Below, one piece after another: positions 45,196 to 54,762 of a DNA stretch of 64,000 bases. Numbering within the stretch: position 1 is the first letter of the stretch; every line of letters starts with the position of its first letter. The notes under the pieces were generated by a model. The model ran no database searches and had not been told where the DNA came from. It worked only from the letters and a program-made list of their open reading frames with translations. Position numbers and translations under genes: made by a program. The DNA is from Candidatus Latescibacterota bacterium (GTDB taxonomy: Bacteria; Latescibacterota; UBA2968; GCA-2709665), in assembly GCA_965219455.1 (NCBI GenBank), contig OZ244744.1, positions 4,256,001-4,320,000 of the forward strand, read 5' to 3'.

Positions 45196-48165
45196 ATGAG
45201 GGGAGGCGGGAAGCTGGTGACGCCGGAGCAGGTGAGGAACGCCAGGCGTAACGTGACGCGTTTCGATTGGGCGGCCGCCCGGCGGGATGCCGCCGTGGCG
45301 CAGGCGCAACGATGGGCGCGTCTTGACGACGACATGCTTTGGGCGATGGTGACCGGCCAGACGATCGGGCGGAGCACGAATGCGAGCGTCGAAAAGGGTT
45401 GCCCGCAGTGCGGCAGTGAGATCTACCGGTATGGAGGACACTTCAGGGTGGATGTAATCGCGGATCCGTGGAAAATCACGTGTCCCTCGTGTAACGGGCG
45501 CTTTCCGACCAACGATTTCGAGGCATTTTACCGAAGTGGAATCGCCGAAGACGGGCTATTCCACCCTGATCGTGCAGATAGGACGCTTCTCTTTAACGCC
45601 AATCATCCGGATCCTGAAGATGCGAAGCACATGTTCGCAGTAGACGACGGGATGGGATGGAGGGACGAGGCAGGAGAGTCGTTCAAACTGGTGGGGGTTT
45701 ACGCACACTATGGGATCTGGTCGGAGATCAGTTCGGCCTGCAGGGCGTTCGGGGAGGCGTTTCTGCTGACGGGAGACCGCATTTATGCCCACAAGGCGGG
45801 GGTGCTGCTTGCCCGGATCGCGGACGTTTACCCCGATATGGACTGGTCATTCTGGGCCCGGCAGGGTTTCTTCAATTCCGACGGACTGAGCGGCCGGGGT
45901 CGGATTTACGGTCGAATCTGGGAGCCCGGCCTGCTGAAGGCGTTTGCCGAGTGCTTCGATCTGGTGCGTGCGGCCTGGAAGGACGAAGACGCGCTGTTTC
46001 GATTACTTCGAACAAAACAGTCGCGGCACGGTCTGGTCGAGCAGGCCACCGCGGATGCGTTGTGCGCTCACTTTGAAACCCATGTCCTGCGTGAAGGCAT
46101 CGAGGCCATCCTGCAGGGTGACATTCACCATAACGAGCCAGGCGATCAGGCCACCATGGCCTTATTGGCCGTCGCACTGAACGACGATCGTACGGATGAA
46201 AGGTTGGATTGGATCTTTCGGGAGGGATTCCTGATGGGCCGGCAGCCCACCGGAGGACACATTCCTCTGCTTTTCGCCCGTGAGATCGATCGGGATGGTG
46301 TGGGTTCGGAGGGCGCGCCGGGATATAGTCTCGGATGGCTGAGGTGGCCGCTCGGGATGCGGTCGCTGGAGATGATTCTTGGGTCACGGCCGTCGTATAC
46401 GCGCCACAGGATTGGCGTTTTCGCCCGATACCGCCAGATGTACCTGGCGTTTATGCGGTTGACGGCGCTGAATCGCTATGTCCCCTCCATTGGCGACAGC
46501 GGCAGTACAGGCAGTCCCGGATTGGCCGGCGCGGATATTGAGCAGTGTCTATACGGGTTTGAGATGTTCGGCGACACCGAACTGGCGCAATCGATATACC
46601 ACCTCGCGGACGGAGATCTGTCAGGGGTGCACGGAGCAATTACGGATCCGGATCCGGAGGCGATACGAGTCCGGATCGCGGAAACGGTCGGCAGGCACGG
46701 GCCGCTTCGGTTATCATCGGATGTGATGACGGGATACGGTCTGGCCATGTTGCGTGACGGTGAGGGGGAACTCGAACGGACACTGTGGCTTTATTACGGG
46801 CGCAACATGGGTCACGGGCACGCGGATCGCCTCAATCTGGGTCTTTACGCCTTCGGTCTCGACATGTTGCCGGACCTTGGTTATCCCGAGCACGCTCGCG
46901 TGTGGCCCAAGCGTTCGGGCTGGACAAATCATACGGTCTCGCACAACACGGTATTGGTGGATCGAAGCCCGCAGAAGGGCACCTATTCCGGAAAGGTCGA
47001 TTTTGTCGGAATTGCAGCCAATGTTCAGGTCGTCTCCGTGTCGTCCACGGATGTATATCCGCAGTGTTCGGCCTACGGTCGGCAAAGCGTTCTCGTGCGG
47101 ATTTCGGAACGGGATTTCTATGTCGCCGATTGCTTCCGTGTGTCCGGCGGGCGTTCACACCATTTTATGTTCCATGCGGCCGAGGGTGAAGTGGAGACCG
47201 CGGGGATGGACTTGCAGCCGCAGGCTCGCGGAACCTACGCCGGAGAGGACGTCGGTTTCGGTGAGTTTTACGATGGTTCAGTTGTGGATTTAAACGGATA
47301 CAGGGGAAGCGGCTTCCAATACCTGTACGATGTCCGGCGTTGCCCCGCGCCCGATAGCGTTATATCGGTGGACTGGCGGGTGAAAGATACCTGGAAGGTC
47401 GGCGCCCGGTCCAGCGCGGCAGGGGCGCCGCTGATGACCGATGTGCATTTGCGTTGGAGTCTGTTCAATTCACCGGGAGAAGTGGCGCTTTGCCACGGGG
47501 ACCCGCCGCAGAACAAACCGGGAAACCCGAGGCGATTGACCTACGGGGTGGCCTCGCACGAGGGAGGCGACGGGCTGGATTCCACGTTTCTGAGTCTGAT
47601 CGAAGCCTACGATGGCGTTCGCGTTGTCCGTTTCGCCGAAGACGTCGATGTATCCGGACCCGGCAGGTCACTGAGGGTTCAACTACCTGACAACCGGGTC
47701 GATACGTTGATTTTCGGCGACGGTGTTTCTTGCGTACAGGTGGACGGAAGAATCATGTTTGACGGGAATCTGGGCGTGTATTCGGAAGTGAATGGCACAG
47801 CACGTTGGGCGGTGCTGGTGGGGGGCACGGTACTGGGCACCCGGGAACGATCCATTCGGAAGCCGTCAGGGGTGTGGCGGGGCAGGGTGGAAGCGTGCGA
47901 GCCGGGCCGAATCTGGACTTCCGCGGAGCCGCCTGCGGATCCGTTGAACGGCGGATTCATTTCCATCGACAACGATAACGAACGCGATTCGACTTATCGG
48001 ATTCACGAGATCCGCCGGGAGGGGGGCGGAACGCTGATCGACCTGGGGAACGTGGATTTCGTAAGGGGAATGGTCGAAGACATGGACTATTCGAAGGGGT
48101 TCGTTTACGATTTTGAGGTGGGCAGGCAATTTCGCGTCGTGCGGACGTACGAAACCAGGTGGTAG
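45196..48165 (+). CDS. Heparinase II/III-like polysaccharide lyase with Zn-ribbon insert (paralog)
   Basis: ATG after AAGGAGG; CPQC...CPSC; EGAPGYS; HGHADRLNL, PDLGYP, SHNTVLVD. Confidence 0.82.
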   Translation: MRGGGKLVTPEQVRNARRNVTRFDWAAARRDAAVAQAQRWARLDDDMLWAMVTGQTIGRSTNASVEKGCPQCGSEIYRYGGHFRVDVIADPWKITCPSCNGRFPTNDFEAFYRSGIAEDGLFHPDRADRTLLFNANHPDPEDAKHMFAVDDGMGWRDEAGESFKLVGVYAHYGIWSEISSACRAFGEAFLLTGDRIYAHKAGVLLARIADVYPDMDWSFWARQGFFNSDGLSGRGRIYGRIWEPGLLKAFAECFDLVRAAWKDEDALFRLLRTKQSRHGLVEQATADALCAHFETHVLREGIEAILQGDIHHNEPGDQATMALLAVALNDDRTDERLDWIFREGFLMGRQPTGGHIPLLFAREIDRDGVGSEGAPGYSLGWLRWPLGMRSLEMILGSRPSYTRHRIGVFARYRQMYLAFMRLTALNRYVPSIGDSGSTGSPGLAGADIEQCLYGFEMFGDTELAQSIYHLADGDLSGVHGAITDPDPEAIRVRIAETVGRHGPLRLSSDVMTGYGLAMLRDGEGELERTLWLYYGRNMGHGHADRLNLGLYAFGLDMLPDLGYPEHARVWPKRSGWTNHTVSHNTVLVDRSPQKGTYSGKVDFVGIAANVQVVSVSSTDVYPQCSAYGRQSVLVRISERDFYVADCFRVSGGRSHHFMFHAAEGEVETAGMDLQPQARGTYAGEDVGFGEFYDGSVVDLNGYRGSGFQYLYDVRRCPAPDSVISVDWRVKDTWKVGARSSAAGAPLMTDVHLRWSLFNSPGEVALCHGDPPQNKPGNPRRLTYGVASHEGGDGLDSTFLSLIEAYDGVRVVRFAEDVDVSGPGRSLRVQLPDNRVDTLIFGDGVSCVQVDGRIMFDGNLGVYSEVNGTARWAVLVGGTVLGTRERSIRKPSGVWRGRVEACEPGRIWTSAEPPADPLNGGFISIDNDNERDSTYRIHEIRREGGGTLIDLGNVDFVRGMVEDMDYSKGFVYDFEVGRQFRVVRTYETRW

Positions 48166-48320
48166 GGCCCTGATGCCCTTGAATCCGGGAGGGCGCGAAA
48201 GGTGGTCGCCGGATCGGGCCGGGCCGGCTATCGGCGCCCGATGTTTCCGGATCATCGGCCGGATTGTCCGATCCCGCTTTGGCCAACTTAAGCAAACACG
48301 GAGTTGCGGAGACCGACGTT

Positions 48321-49007
48321 ATGGCGGAATGGCGGGACGATGCCGGCCTTTTTGAGCTGATGGAGCGCGAACTGTTCACCGCCGTGGTGGGCGACGTGAT
48401 GGATGAGGTGGGTCTGGTCAGGCAGTTTCTGCCACCGGCGATTCAGCCACTGCGGGAAGATATGGTCGTCACGGGCAGGGCGATGCCGGTCCTGGGGGCC
48501 GATAGCGCGGACCGGTCAATCCGTTCCGAGGACGGCGACCGGCCGTTCGGCTTGATGTTCGAGGCGCTCGATGATCTGGCCGCGAACGAAGTTTATATAT
48601 GTACAGGGGCATCGCCCACCTATGCGCTCTGGGGTGAGCTAATGAGTACGAGGGCGATGAAGCTGGGCGCCGCTGGCGCCGTTCTGGACGGATTCAGCCG
48701 CGACACTCGGGGAATACTGGAATTGAATTTCCCGACGTTCTGCGCCGGTCGATATGCGCAGGACCTGCGAATCCGGGGGCGCGTGGTCGACTACCGATGT
48801 GCGCTCACGTTTTCAAACGGAGCCGCGGTGTCTCCGGGTGACATCGTGTTCGGAGATCTGGATGGCGTGGTGATTGTACCGGGCGACGCCGAGACCGACG
48901 TCATTAACCGGGCGTTGGGAAAGGTGAGGGGAGAGAGCCGGGTTCGGGAGGCGATTGAAGGCGGGACGTCCGCGAGAGAGGCGTTTGACCGGTATGGGAT
49001 CATGTAG
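48321..49007 (+). CDS. RraA family / HMG-CHA aldolase-like protein
   Basis: TAVVGDVMD, GRAMP, ALWGELM, DGFSRD, PGDIVFGDLDGVVIVP. Confidence 0.88.
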   Translation: MAEWRDDAGLFELMERELFTAVVGDVMDEVGLVRQFLPPAIQPLREDMVVTGRAMPVLGADSADRSIRSEDGDRPFGLMFEALDDLAANEVYICTGASPTYALWGELMSTRAMKLGAAGAVLDGFSRDTRGILELNFPTFCAGRYAQDLRIRGRVVDYRCALTFSNGAAVSPGDIVFGDLDGVVIVPGDAETDVINRALGKVRGESRVREAIEGGTSAREAFDRYGIM

Positions 49008-49049
49008 GTCCCTGTCTTTTTTTGGGGCAGGTCCCGGGAGGGATATGGC

Positions 49050-50024
49050 GTGAATGTCGTTCCCGTGGAATTCGTACGGGTGATGCCGGAGGACATGCGG
49101 GCTTTTGTGTTCGACATGTATCGGCGGGTGGAAATGTCCCGGGACCGGGCGCGGCTGATGGCCGAGCTCCTTGTGGGTACCGATATACGGGGCGTGTTCA
49201 GTCACGGGACGCGACAGTCCGCGCGCTACCTGCGTCTCCTGCGCGACGGCGACCTGAATCCGAACCCGGATGCAACCATTTTGCATCAGACCGCAACGAC
49301 GGGTACGATCGATGGGGATGGAGGGTTGGGTCATTTTGCTTCGTGGCGCGCGGCCCACCTCGCCGTGAAGAAGGCCAGGGCTGCTGGCATGGCAGCGGTG
49401 GCGACCCGCAATCATCACCATTTTGGCGCGGCCGGAAAATATTCCCGGGTAATATCCGGCGCCGGCATGGCCGGATTTGTCGTGTCGTCGCACGTCCGGC
49501 AACTGTCGCCCGCGCAGGGGATCATGTCAGCGAACGGCGCGTCGCCGATGAGTTTCGCCGTACCGGCGGGCCGGGAGCATCCGCTGGTTCTGGATATGTC
49601 AACCGGTGTCGCGTTTGGCGGAAACACCGATTTCGGAAAGATTTTCCATCGCATGCCCTCCGCGTTTTTCAAGAGTCTGGGTCTGGGTGCGGTCTGTCAC
49701 GCGCTGGGAGGTTTGCTTGCGGGGATTCAGACCTTGGATGAGGCGCAGCCGGAATGGCCGGCGGTGAACCAGGGATCCTTTATTCTGGCCGTGGATATTT
49801 CCGGTTTCGCGTCGCCGGACGCGTTTCGTCGGCAGATGGATGACTTTATAGTCGCCGTACGAGGACTCCAACCGTTTCCGGGCGAGGACCGCGCATTGCT
49901 TCCCGGGGCCCTGGAACGGGAAAGGGAGCGAACCTGGGCTGTTGAGGGGATTCCTATCGGGCCGGATCACCAGAGAGACCTGGCGAAAGTTGCGGCGGAA
50001 CTGGGTGTGGAGACGCCGTTCTAG
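49050..50024 (+). CDS. Ldh_2 (malate/L-lactate/sulfolactate dehydrogenase family) oxidoreductase
   Basis: DIRGVFSHG, IDGDGGLGH, RNHHHFGAAG, LVLDMST, LPG..E. Confidence 0.85.
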   Translation: MNVVPVEFVRVMPEDMRAFVFDMYRRVEMSRDRARLMAELLVGTDIRGVFSHGTRQSARYLRLLRDGDLNPNPDATILHQTATTGTIDGDGGLGHFASWRAAHLAVKKARAAGMAAVATRNHHHFGAAGKYSRVISGAGMAGFVVSSHVRQLSPAQGIMSANGASPMSFAVPAGREHPLVLDMSTGVAFGGNTDFGKIFHRMPSAFFKSLGLGAVCHALGGLLAGIQTLDEAQPEWPAVNQGSFILAVDISGFASPDAFRRQMDDFIVAVRGLQPFPGEDRALLPGALERERERTWAVEGIPIGPDHQRDLAKVAAELGVETPF

Positions 50025-50194
50025 GATGACGGCGCCTTGACCGACTTAACGTCAGTACAACGGATATCCATTGTTGGCAGCGACAACGCGTGCCCCGATG
50101 CTCCCGGAGCACACGTTAAGCATATTCCTGGTATGCCGTGACCCGGCCGGTATTTCAGCCGGGACTTCAAGTCGTTTCAAAGTGGAAGGGAACA

Positions 50195-51175
50195 ATGAAA
50201 GTCAAGTTTGCGCAATACGGAATCCTGCATTCGCACGCCGCGGGCAAGGCGGCAGTATTGAAAGCCAACCCGGACGTGTCTTTCTGCGGCGTGTATGAGC
50301 CGGACCCGTCCGTGCGGGCGGCGCGAGGCGCAGTCGAGGCGTACGACGGTGTCAACTGGTTCGAGGCCAGGGAAGACATGCTCGACGACGCGTCCATCGC
50401 GGCTATCGCGGTGGAAGGCGCGATAGCGCAGAATCTGGAATTCGCCCGCGAAGCGCTGGAGCGAGGCAAACACGTCTGGCTGGACAAGCCGGCGGGGGAC
50501 AATTGGGAAAAATTTCAGAGTCTGGTTGCCATGGCAAGGCAAAAGGGCCTGCTGTTGCAACTGGGGTATATGTTCCGGTACAATGCCGGATTTCGATTCA
50601 TCCTGGATTGGGCGAATTCCGGCAGACTCGGGGACGTTTTTTCCGTTCGAGGGCGGATGTCCACGTGGGTTGGCGAAGACAGACGTGAGGGATTGGCCGT
50701 ACATGAGGGCGGCATTCTGTTTGAGTTGCTATGCCATCTGATGGACATAGTAGTGGCGGTGTTGGGACGGCCGGACAGGGTGACGTCGTTCCTCAGGAAC
50801 GAACGTGGAACCGTGCCGGCTTTCAGGGATAATGCCGCGGCGATTTTTGAATATGAAAACGCGTTGGCGATCGTCGAGTCTTCCGCATTGGAGGTGTCCG
50901 CCTTTCCGTCGCGGCGGTTCGAAGTGTACGGCACGCGAGGGAGCATCGTAATGGAGCCGCTCGAGCCGGACCCGGTGGTACGCCTCTGTCTGGACGAGGC
51001 TCGCGACGGCTTCAACAAGGGATGGCAGACGGTGCCGGTTGAGAACGAACCGAGGTACGTCGTGAGCTTGCGTTCCATGGTCGCGGAGATCAGGGGCCGG
51101 AAGCCGCCGGTCCGGTCGCTGGATCATGAATTAATCGTGCAGGAAACGGTTCTCCGGGCCGCGGGTGTTCTATAA
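50195..51175 (+). CDS. Gfo/Idh/MocA family oxidoreductase
   Basis: GKHVWLDKP, LGYMFRYN, GGILFELLCHLMD, EVYGTRG. Confidence 0.88.
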   Translation: MKVKFAQYGILHSHAAGKAAVLKANPDVSFCGVYEPDPSVRAARGAVEAYDGVNWFEAREDMLDDASIAAIAVEGAIAQNLEFAREALERGKHVWLDKPAGDNWEKFQSLVAMARQKGLLLQLGYMFRYNAGFRFILDWANSGRLGDVFSVRGRMSTWVGEDRREGLAVHEGGILFELLCHLMDIVVAVLGRPDRVTSFLRNERGTVPAFRDNAAAIFEYENALAIVESSALEVSAFPSRRFEVYGTRGSIVMEPLEPDPVVRLCLDEARDGFNKGWQTVPVENEPRYVVSLRSMVAEIRGRKPPVRSLDHELIVQETVLRAAGVL

Positions 51176-51248
51176 GGTTCTACAGTCAAAGTCGTTCATC
51201 CGTGCGAAGACCGCTGGGGGTTTTAAGACAGCTTTTTGGGAGGACTCC

Positions 51249-51665
51249 ATGGGTTTGTTGCGGCATCTGGCGCTGCGTTGCACCGATATGGAACTGTCCA
51301 GGCGGTTTTACGAGGATGTGATCGGCTGGCGTTTTGTCGCACTCCGTCCGCGTGGCGATGCTCTGGATATGAGTGACGGAACAAACAACATTACGTTGAT
51401 TCAGCAGCCGGAGGATTCGAATCGACCGCTGCTCGCGGAGGGAGACGAATATATCCATTTCGGCGTGATCGTGGAAGACCTGGACGCGACCTGGGCCCGT
51501 GTGATGGCCTGGGGAGCGGAGGTCGTGCGAGAGAACGTGAAAGAGCGCAACCCGGTCGATTCTCATGTCCGTCCGCCGGTCTCGTTCAAGGTGCTGGATC
51601 CGGACGGAAATGTCGTCGATATCACCTGCAACAGGAGCGAGTGGGTCGGGGCCATTGCGGAATAG
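51249..51665 (+). CDS. VOC/glyoxalase family protein
   Basis: LRHLAL...SRRFYE..IGW; HFGVIVEDL; DPDGNVVDI. Confidence 0.88.
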   Translation: MGLLRHLALRCTDMELSRRFYEDVIGWRFVALRPRGDALDMSDGTNNITLIQQPEDSNRPLLAEGDEYIHFGVIVEDLDATWARVMAWGAEVVRENVKERNPVDSHVRPPVSFKVLDPDGNVVDITCNRSEWVGAIAE

Positions 51666-51804
51666 CGTCTTCCGTTGCCTGACCGGGCGCCGGAAGAGTC
51701 AGGGCAAGGATTTCGTACCGTTCACGATTGGTTTGTGTGGGAACTGAATTGCGATTGGTATCGACCGGACCGGAATTTCTCATGGAAGGAAGGAAATCGC
51801 ACGC

Positions 51805-52848
51805 ATGATCCTGATCACCGGTGCGCCTGGATGGCTGGGCACCCGTCTGGTCGATACGATCGTCAATGGGCTGCCTGGTATGCCGTCGCTTACGGAACCG
51901 TATGCGGAACGTCGCATACGTTGTTTTGTATTGAATGGCGTCAACTCGGAGGAGCTTCGCGGCCTTTCGCCGAAGGTCACCCTGGTTGAAGGAGACGTAC
52001 GCGACAAGGCGACCCTGCAGCCGTTTTTCGGAGAATGCGAGGGCGCCACGCTCTTCCACCTCATCGGTGTCATCCATCCAAGGCGAGTCAGGGACTTTTA
52101 CGACGTGAATACGGGCGGCGCACGCAATATCGTCGACTGCGCCGTGAAGCACGGCGTGAAGCGGCTGGTGATGATTTCATCCAACAGTCCGGCAGGTTAT
52201 CACACGGATAACGGGCGCCTGTTCCACGAGAATTCGCCGGATCGGCCGTACATGAGTTACGGCAAGTCGAAAAAGCTGGCCGAAGATATCGTCAACGCGG
52301 CACATAAGTCGGGAAAACTTGAAACCACGATTCTTCGTCCCTGCTGGTTTTATGGCCCTGGTCAACCGCCGCGGCAGACGCGATTTTTCAAAATGGTCCG
52401 GCACGGGCGCGTGCCTGTGGTTGGCGGGGGAGAGAACAGGCGTTCCATGTCATACATAGACAATCTCTGTCAGGCCATTCTCCTTGCCGGCCAGATTGAG
52501 AAAGCGAATGGACAGACCTACTGGATTGCAGATCGAACACCCTACACGATGAACGAAACGGTCGACACAATCGAAAGCCTTCTGGAGCATGAATTCAACC
52601 TGCCTGTCGCGCACAAGCGGTTGAGATTGCCTGCAATAGCCAGTGAATTCGCTTTAGCCTGCGACTGGATGATCCAGCGCGCCGGACTATACTGCCAGGA
52701 GGTGCATGTACTTTCAGAGCTGAATAAGACCATTGCGTGTTCGATCGACAAAGCCGAACGGGACCTCGGCTATCGTCCCGGGATCGGCCTGGAGGAGGGC
52801 ATGCGGCGGTCCATCAGGTGGTGTATCGACCGGGGATTCCTGCCGTGA
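51805..52848 (+). CDS. Extended SDR (NAD-dependent epimerase/3beta-HSD-like)
   Basis: ITGAPGWLG, YGKSK, LRPCWFYGP. Confidence 0.88.
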   Translation: MILITGAPGWLGTRLVDTIVNGLPGMPSLTEPYAERRIRCFVLNGVNSEELRGLSPKVTLVEGDVRDKATLQPFFGECEGATLFHLIGVIHPRRVRDFYDVNTGGARNIVDCAVKHGVKRLVMISSNSPAGYHTDNGRLFHENSPDRPYMSYGKSKKLAEDIVNAAHKSGKLETTILRPCWFYGPGQPPRQTRFFKMVRHGRVPVVGGGENRRSMSYIDNLCQAILLAGQIEKANGQTYWIADRTPYTMNETVDTIESLLEHEFNLPVAHKRLRLPAIASEFALACDWMIQRAGLYCQEVHVLSELNKTIACSIDKAERDLGYRPGIGLEEGMRRSIRWCIDRGFLP

Positions 52849-53423
52849 CAGCAAGGCCGCTGGTCGTTGTACCGGAGGGTCTGGCCAAAGACGTCCACGG
52901 AAAGACCCTGCCCGAGCCCAGTTTTGTCTTCCGTCAGGTGTTGGACTATGTGGCCACGATTGCGACTACGGAAACTGTCATGTATCTGGCGCCGGCGAAT
53001 CGGTTTGGCGGCGAAGTCTATGAGCAGGAGGCAGCATACGCTTACCTGAACGCCAGGATGGATTGCGGGCAGATTCACTGTCCCGTCTATCCGGCGCCGG
53101 GCTATGTCGATACCTTCGGCAATGCGCTTCTGTTGCGAAGGTACCTTCTCGACCGGAAGCGATGGCCGCTGGGTCCCGTCGACCTGATCTGCGCCGAAAT
53201 GCACGCTTACAGGGCACGATATTGTTTTGCCAGGTTGGGCTACAGAATTGCACGAGTCCACCGGGTTCCCTACAGGGTTTTTCCCAACGAGCGTATTGTC
53301 GACCGCCTCTGGTACTATCGGGTTAAACCTTTGCATCTGGCTTATGAAATGGTGGCGCTGGCGCGGGACGTCGTTCGCGGCGCCGGACCGGACGGGACTT
53401 CCGCATGGCAATGCATCTGGTGA
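52845..53423 (+). CDS. Hypothetical protein, YdcF/DUF218-like
   Basis: GTG start overlapping the upstream stop (GTGA); E..AA..YL, DTFGNA, HAYRARYCF, YEMVAL pattern. Confidence 0.6.
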   Translation: MTARPLVVVPEGLAKDVHGKTLPEPSFVFRQVLDYVATIATTETVMYLAPANRFGGEVYEQEAAYAYLNARMDCGQIHCPVYPAPGYVDTFGNALLLRRYLLDRKRWPLGPVDLICAEMHAYRARYCFARLGYRIARVHRVPYRVFPNERIVDRLWYYRVKPLHLAYEMVALARDVVRGAGPDGTSAWQCIW

Positions 53424-54436
53424 CGGGCGGTTCGGGTTTCCTGGGAAGCCATTTCGTTCGAAGGCTGCACGGCAAGGGCGAGGACGTTCGGGTCCTGGAT
53501 GTCATCGATTCACCGGACCGTCCGCGTGGCACGGAGTTTGTGACGTGCGATATTCGCGATAGCCGCGGCGTGCAGGACGCGATGAAGGGTGTGCAATTTG
53601 TGCATCATAACGTCGCGCTGGTGCCTCTGGCGAAAGCGGGTCCGGAATTCTGGAGTGTCAACGTCGGAGGCACGAGGGTCGCCGCGCACGCCGCCTTGGA
53701 CGCCGGTGTCAGGCTGTTCATTCACATATCGTCCTCGGCGGTATTCGGCGTGCCTGAAGCGTGTCCGATTACCGGTGCGACCCCGGCGGCGCCTGTCGAG
53801 AATTACGGTCGGGCCAAGCTCGCCGCGGAGCAGCAGGTTTTAAGGGCCGGCCGAAAAGGACTGCCCAGTCTGATCCTTCGCCCGCGAACCATTCTGGGGC
53901 CAGGCAGGTTGGGCATTTTTCAGATCCTGTTCGAATGGATTCGCGACAGCCGGAATATCTACGTCATTGGCAACGGCGACAATCTGTTCCAGTTTGTTCA
54001 CGTCGACGACCTGGTGACGGCCGCGCTGCTGGGCGCCGAGAAAGAGACACGGGGCGTGTTCAATATCGGCGCGGACAGGTATTCGACGCTACGCAACGAT
54101 TTGGACGAAACGATCAGACATGCCGGCAGCAAGACGAAAATTGTGGGATTGCCGGTCGATTTGACAGTATCTGCATTGAAGGTCCTGGATGTCCTGAAAA
54201 TCTGTCCGCTTGCGCCCTGGCACTACCTGACCTACCACAAACCATTTTATTTCGACCTTTCAGAGCCGATGGAACAGCTTGGCTGGAAACCCGGGTACGG
54301 CAACGTGGAGATGATGATCCAGGCTTACGATTGGTATATATCGCATGGTTCAAGGGAAATCGAAGCGGGTGCGATGTCCATTCATCGGGATCCGGTGAAA
54401 CAGGGTGTGCTTCGACTGCTAAAATGGTTGTCCTGA
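53405..54436 (+). CDS. Extended SDR (NAD-dependent epimerase/3beta-HSD-like)
   Basis: VTGGSGFLG, SSSAVFG, YGRAK, LRPRTILGPGR. Confidence 0.9.
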   Translation: MAMHLVTGGSGFLGSHFVRRLHGKGEDVRVLDVIDSPDRPRGTEFVTCDIRDSRGVQDAMKGVQFVHHNVALVPLAKAGPEFWSVNVGGTRVAAHAALDAGVRLFIHISSSAVFGVPEACPITGATPAAPVENYGRAKLAAEQQVLRAGRKGLPSLILRPRTILGPGRLGIFQILFEWIRDSRNIYVIGNGDNLFQFVHVDDLVTAALLGAEKETRGVFNIGADRYSTLRNDLDETIRHAGSKTKIVGLPVDLTVSALKVLDVLKICPLAPWHYLTYHKPFYFDLSEPMEQLGWKPGYGNVEMMIQAYDWYISHGSREIEAGAMSIHRDPVKQGVLRLLKWLS

Positions 54437-54588
54437 GAAGACCGAGGCCAGCCGCAGGGAATTCCGGCAAAGCGGCGCAGGCGCGAATTCCGGGAACTCC
54501 GGGCGGGATTCGGACGTATATGGCAGGAAGCATTTGAAACCGGGTGGGCGGGTGTTTTTCAAACAACCTGACGGGTTGCCGCACACTG

Positions 54589-54614
54589 AAGCCCGGCGAA
54601 ATCGCCGGGTTTTT
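54589..54614 (+). terminator. Rho-independent terminator
   Basis: AAGCCCGGCGA-AA-TCGCCGGGTTTTT. Confidence 0.7.
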
Positions 54615-54762
54615 CTGTGTCTGAGCACGAATATAAATAATGCTTTCAGGTGCTTTGCCAGGAAAAAGGTGGAATGCGGATGGGATCGTTGAAATGCGAC
54701 CGGTGTGTCACTATGGGTTGGCATCTCATGTCTTCGCGAAGTGAGGCGTCCTTTTGAACCGC

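Noticed and set aside
54437-54762. Cobalamin or other riboswitch upstream of the TonB receptor
   Set aside because: I found no B12-box or other recognisable aptamer consensus, only a terminator hairpin. An Rfam scan would be decisive.
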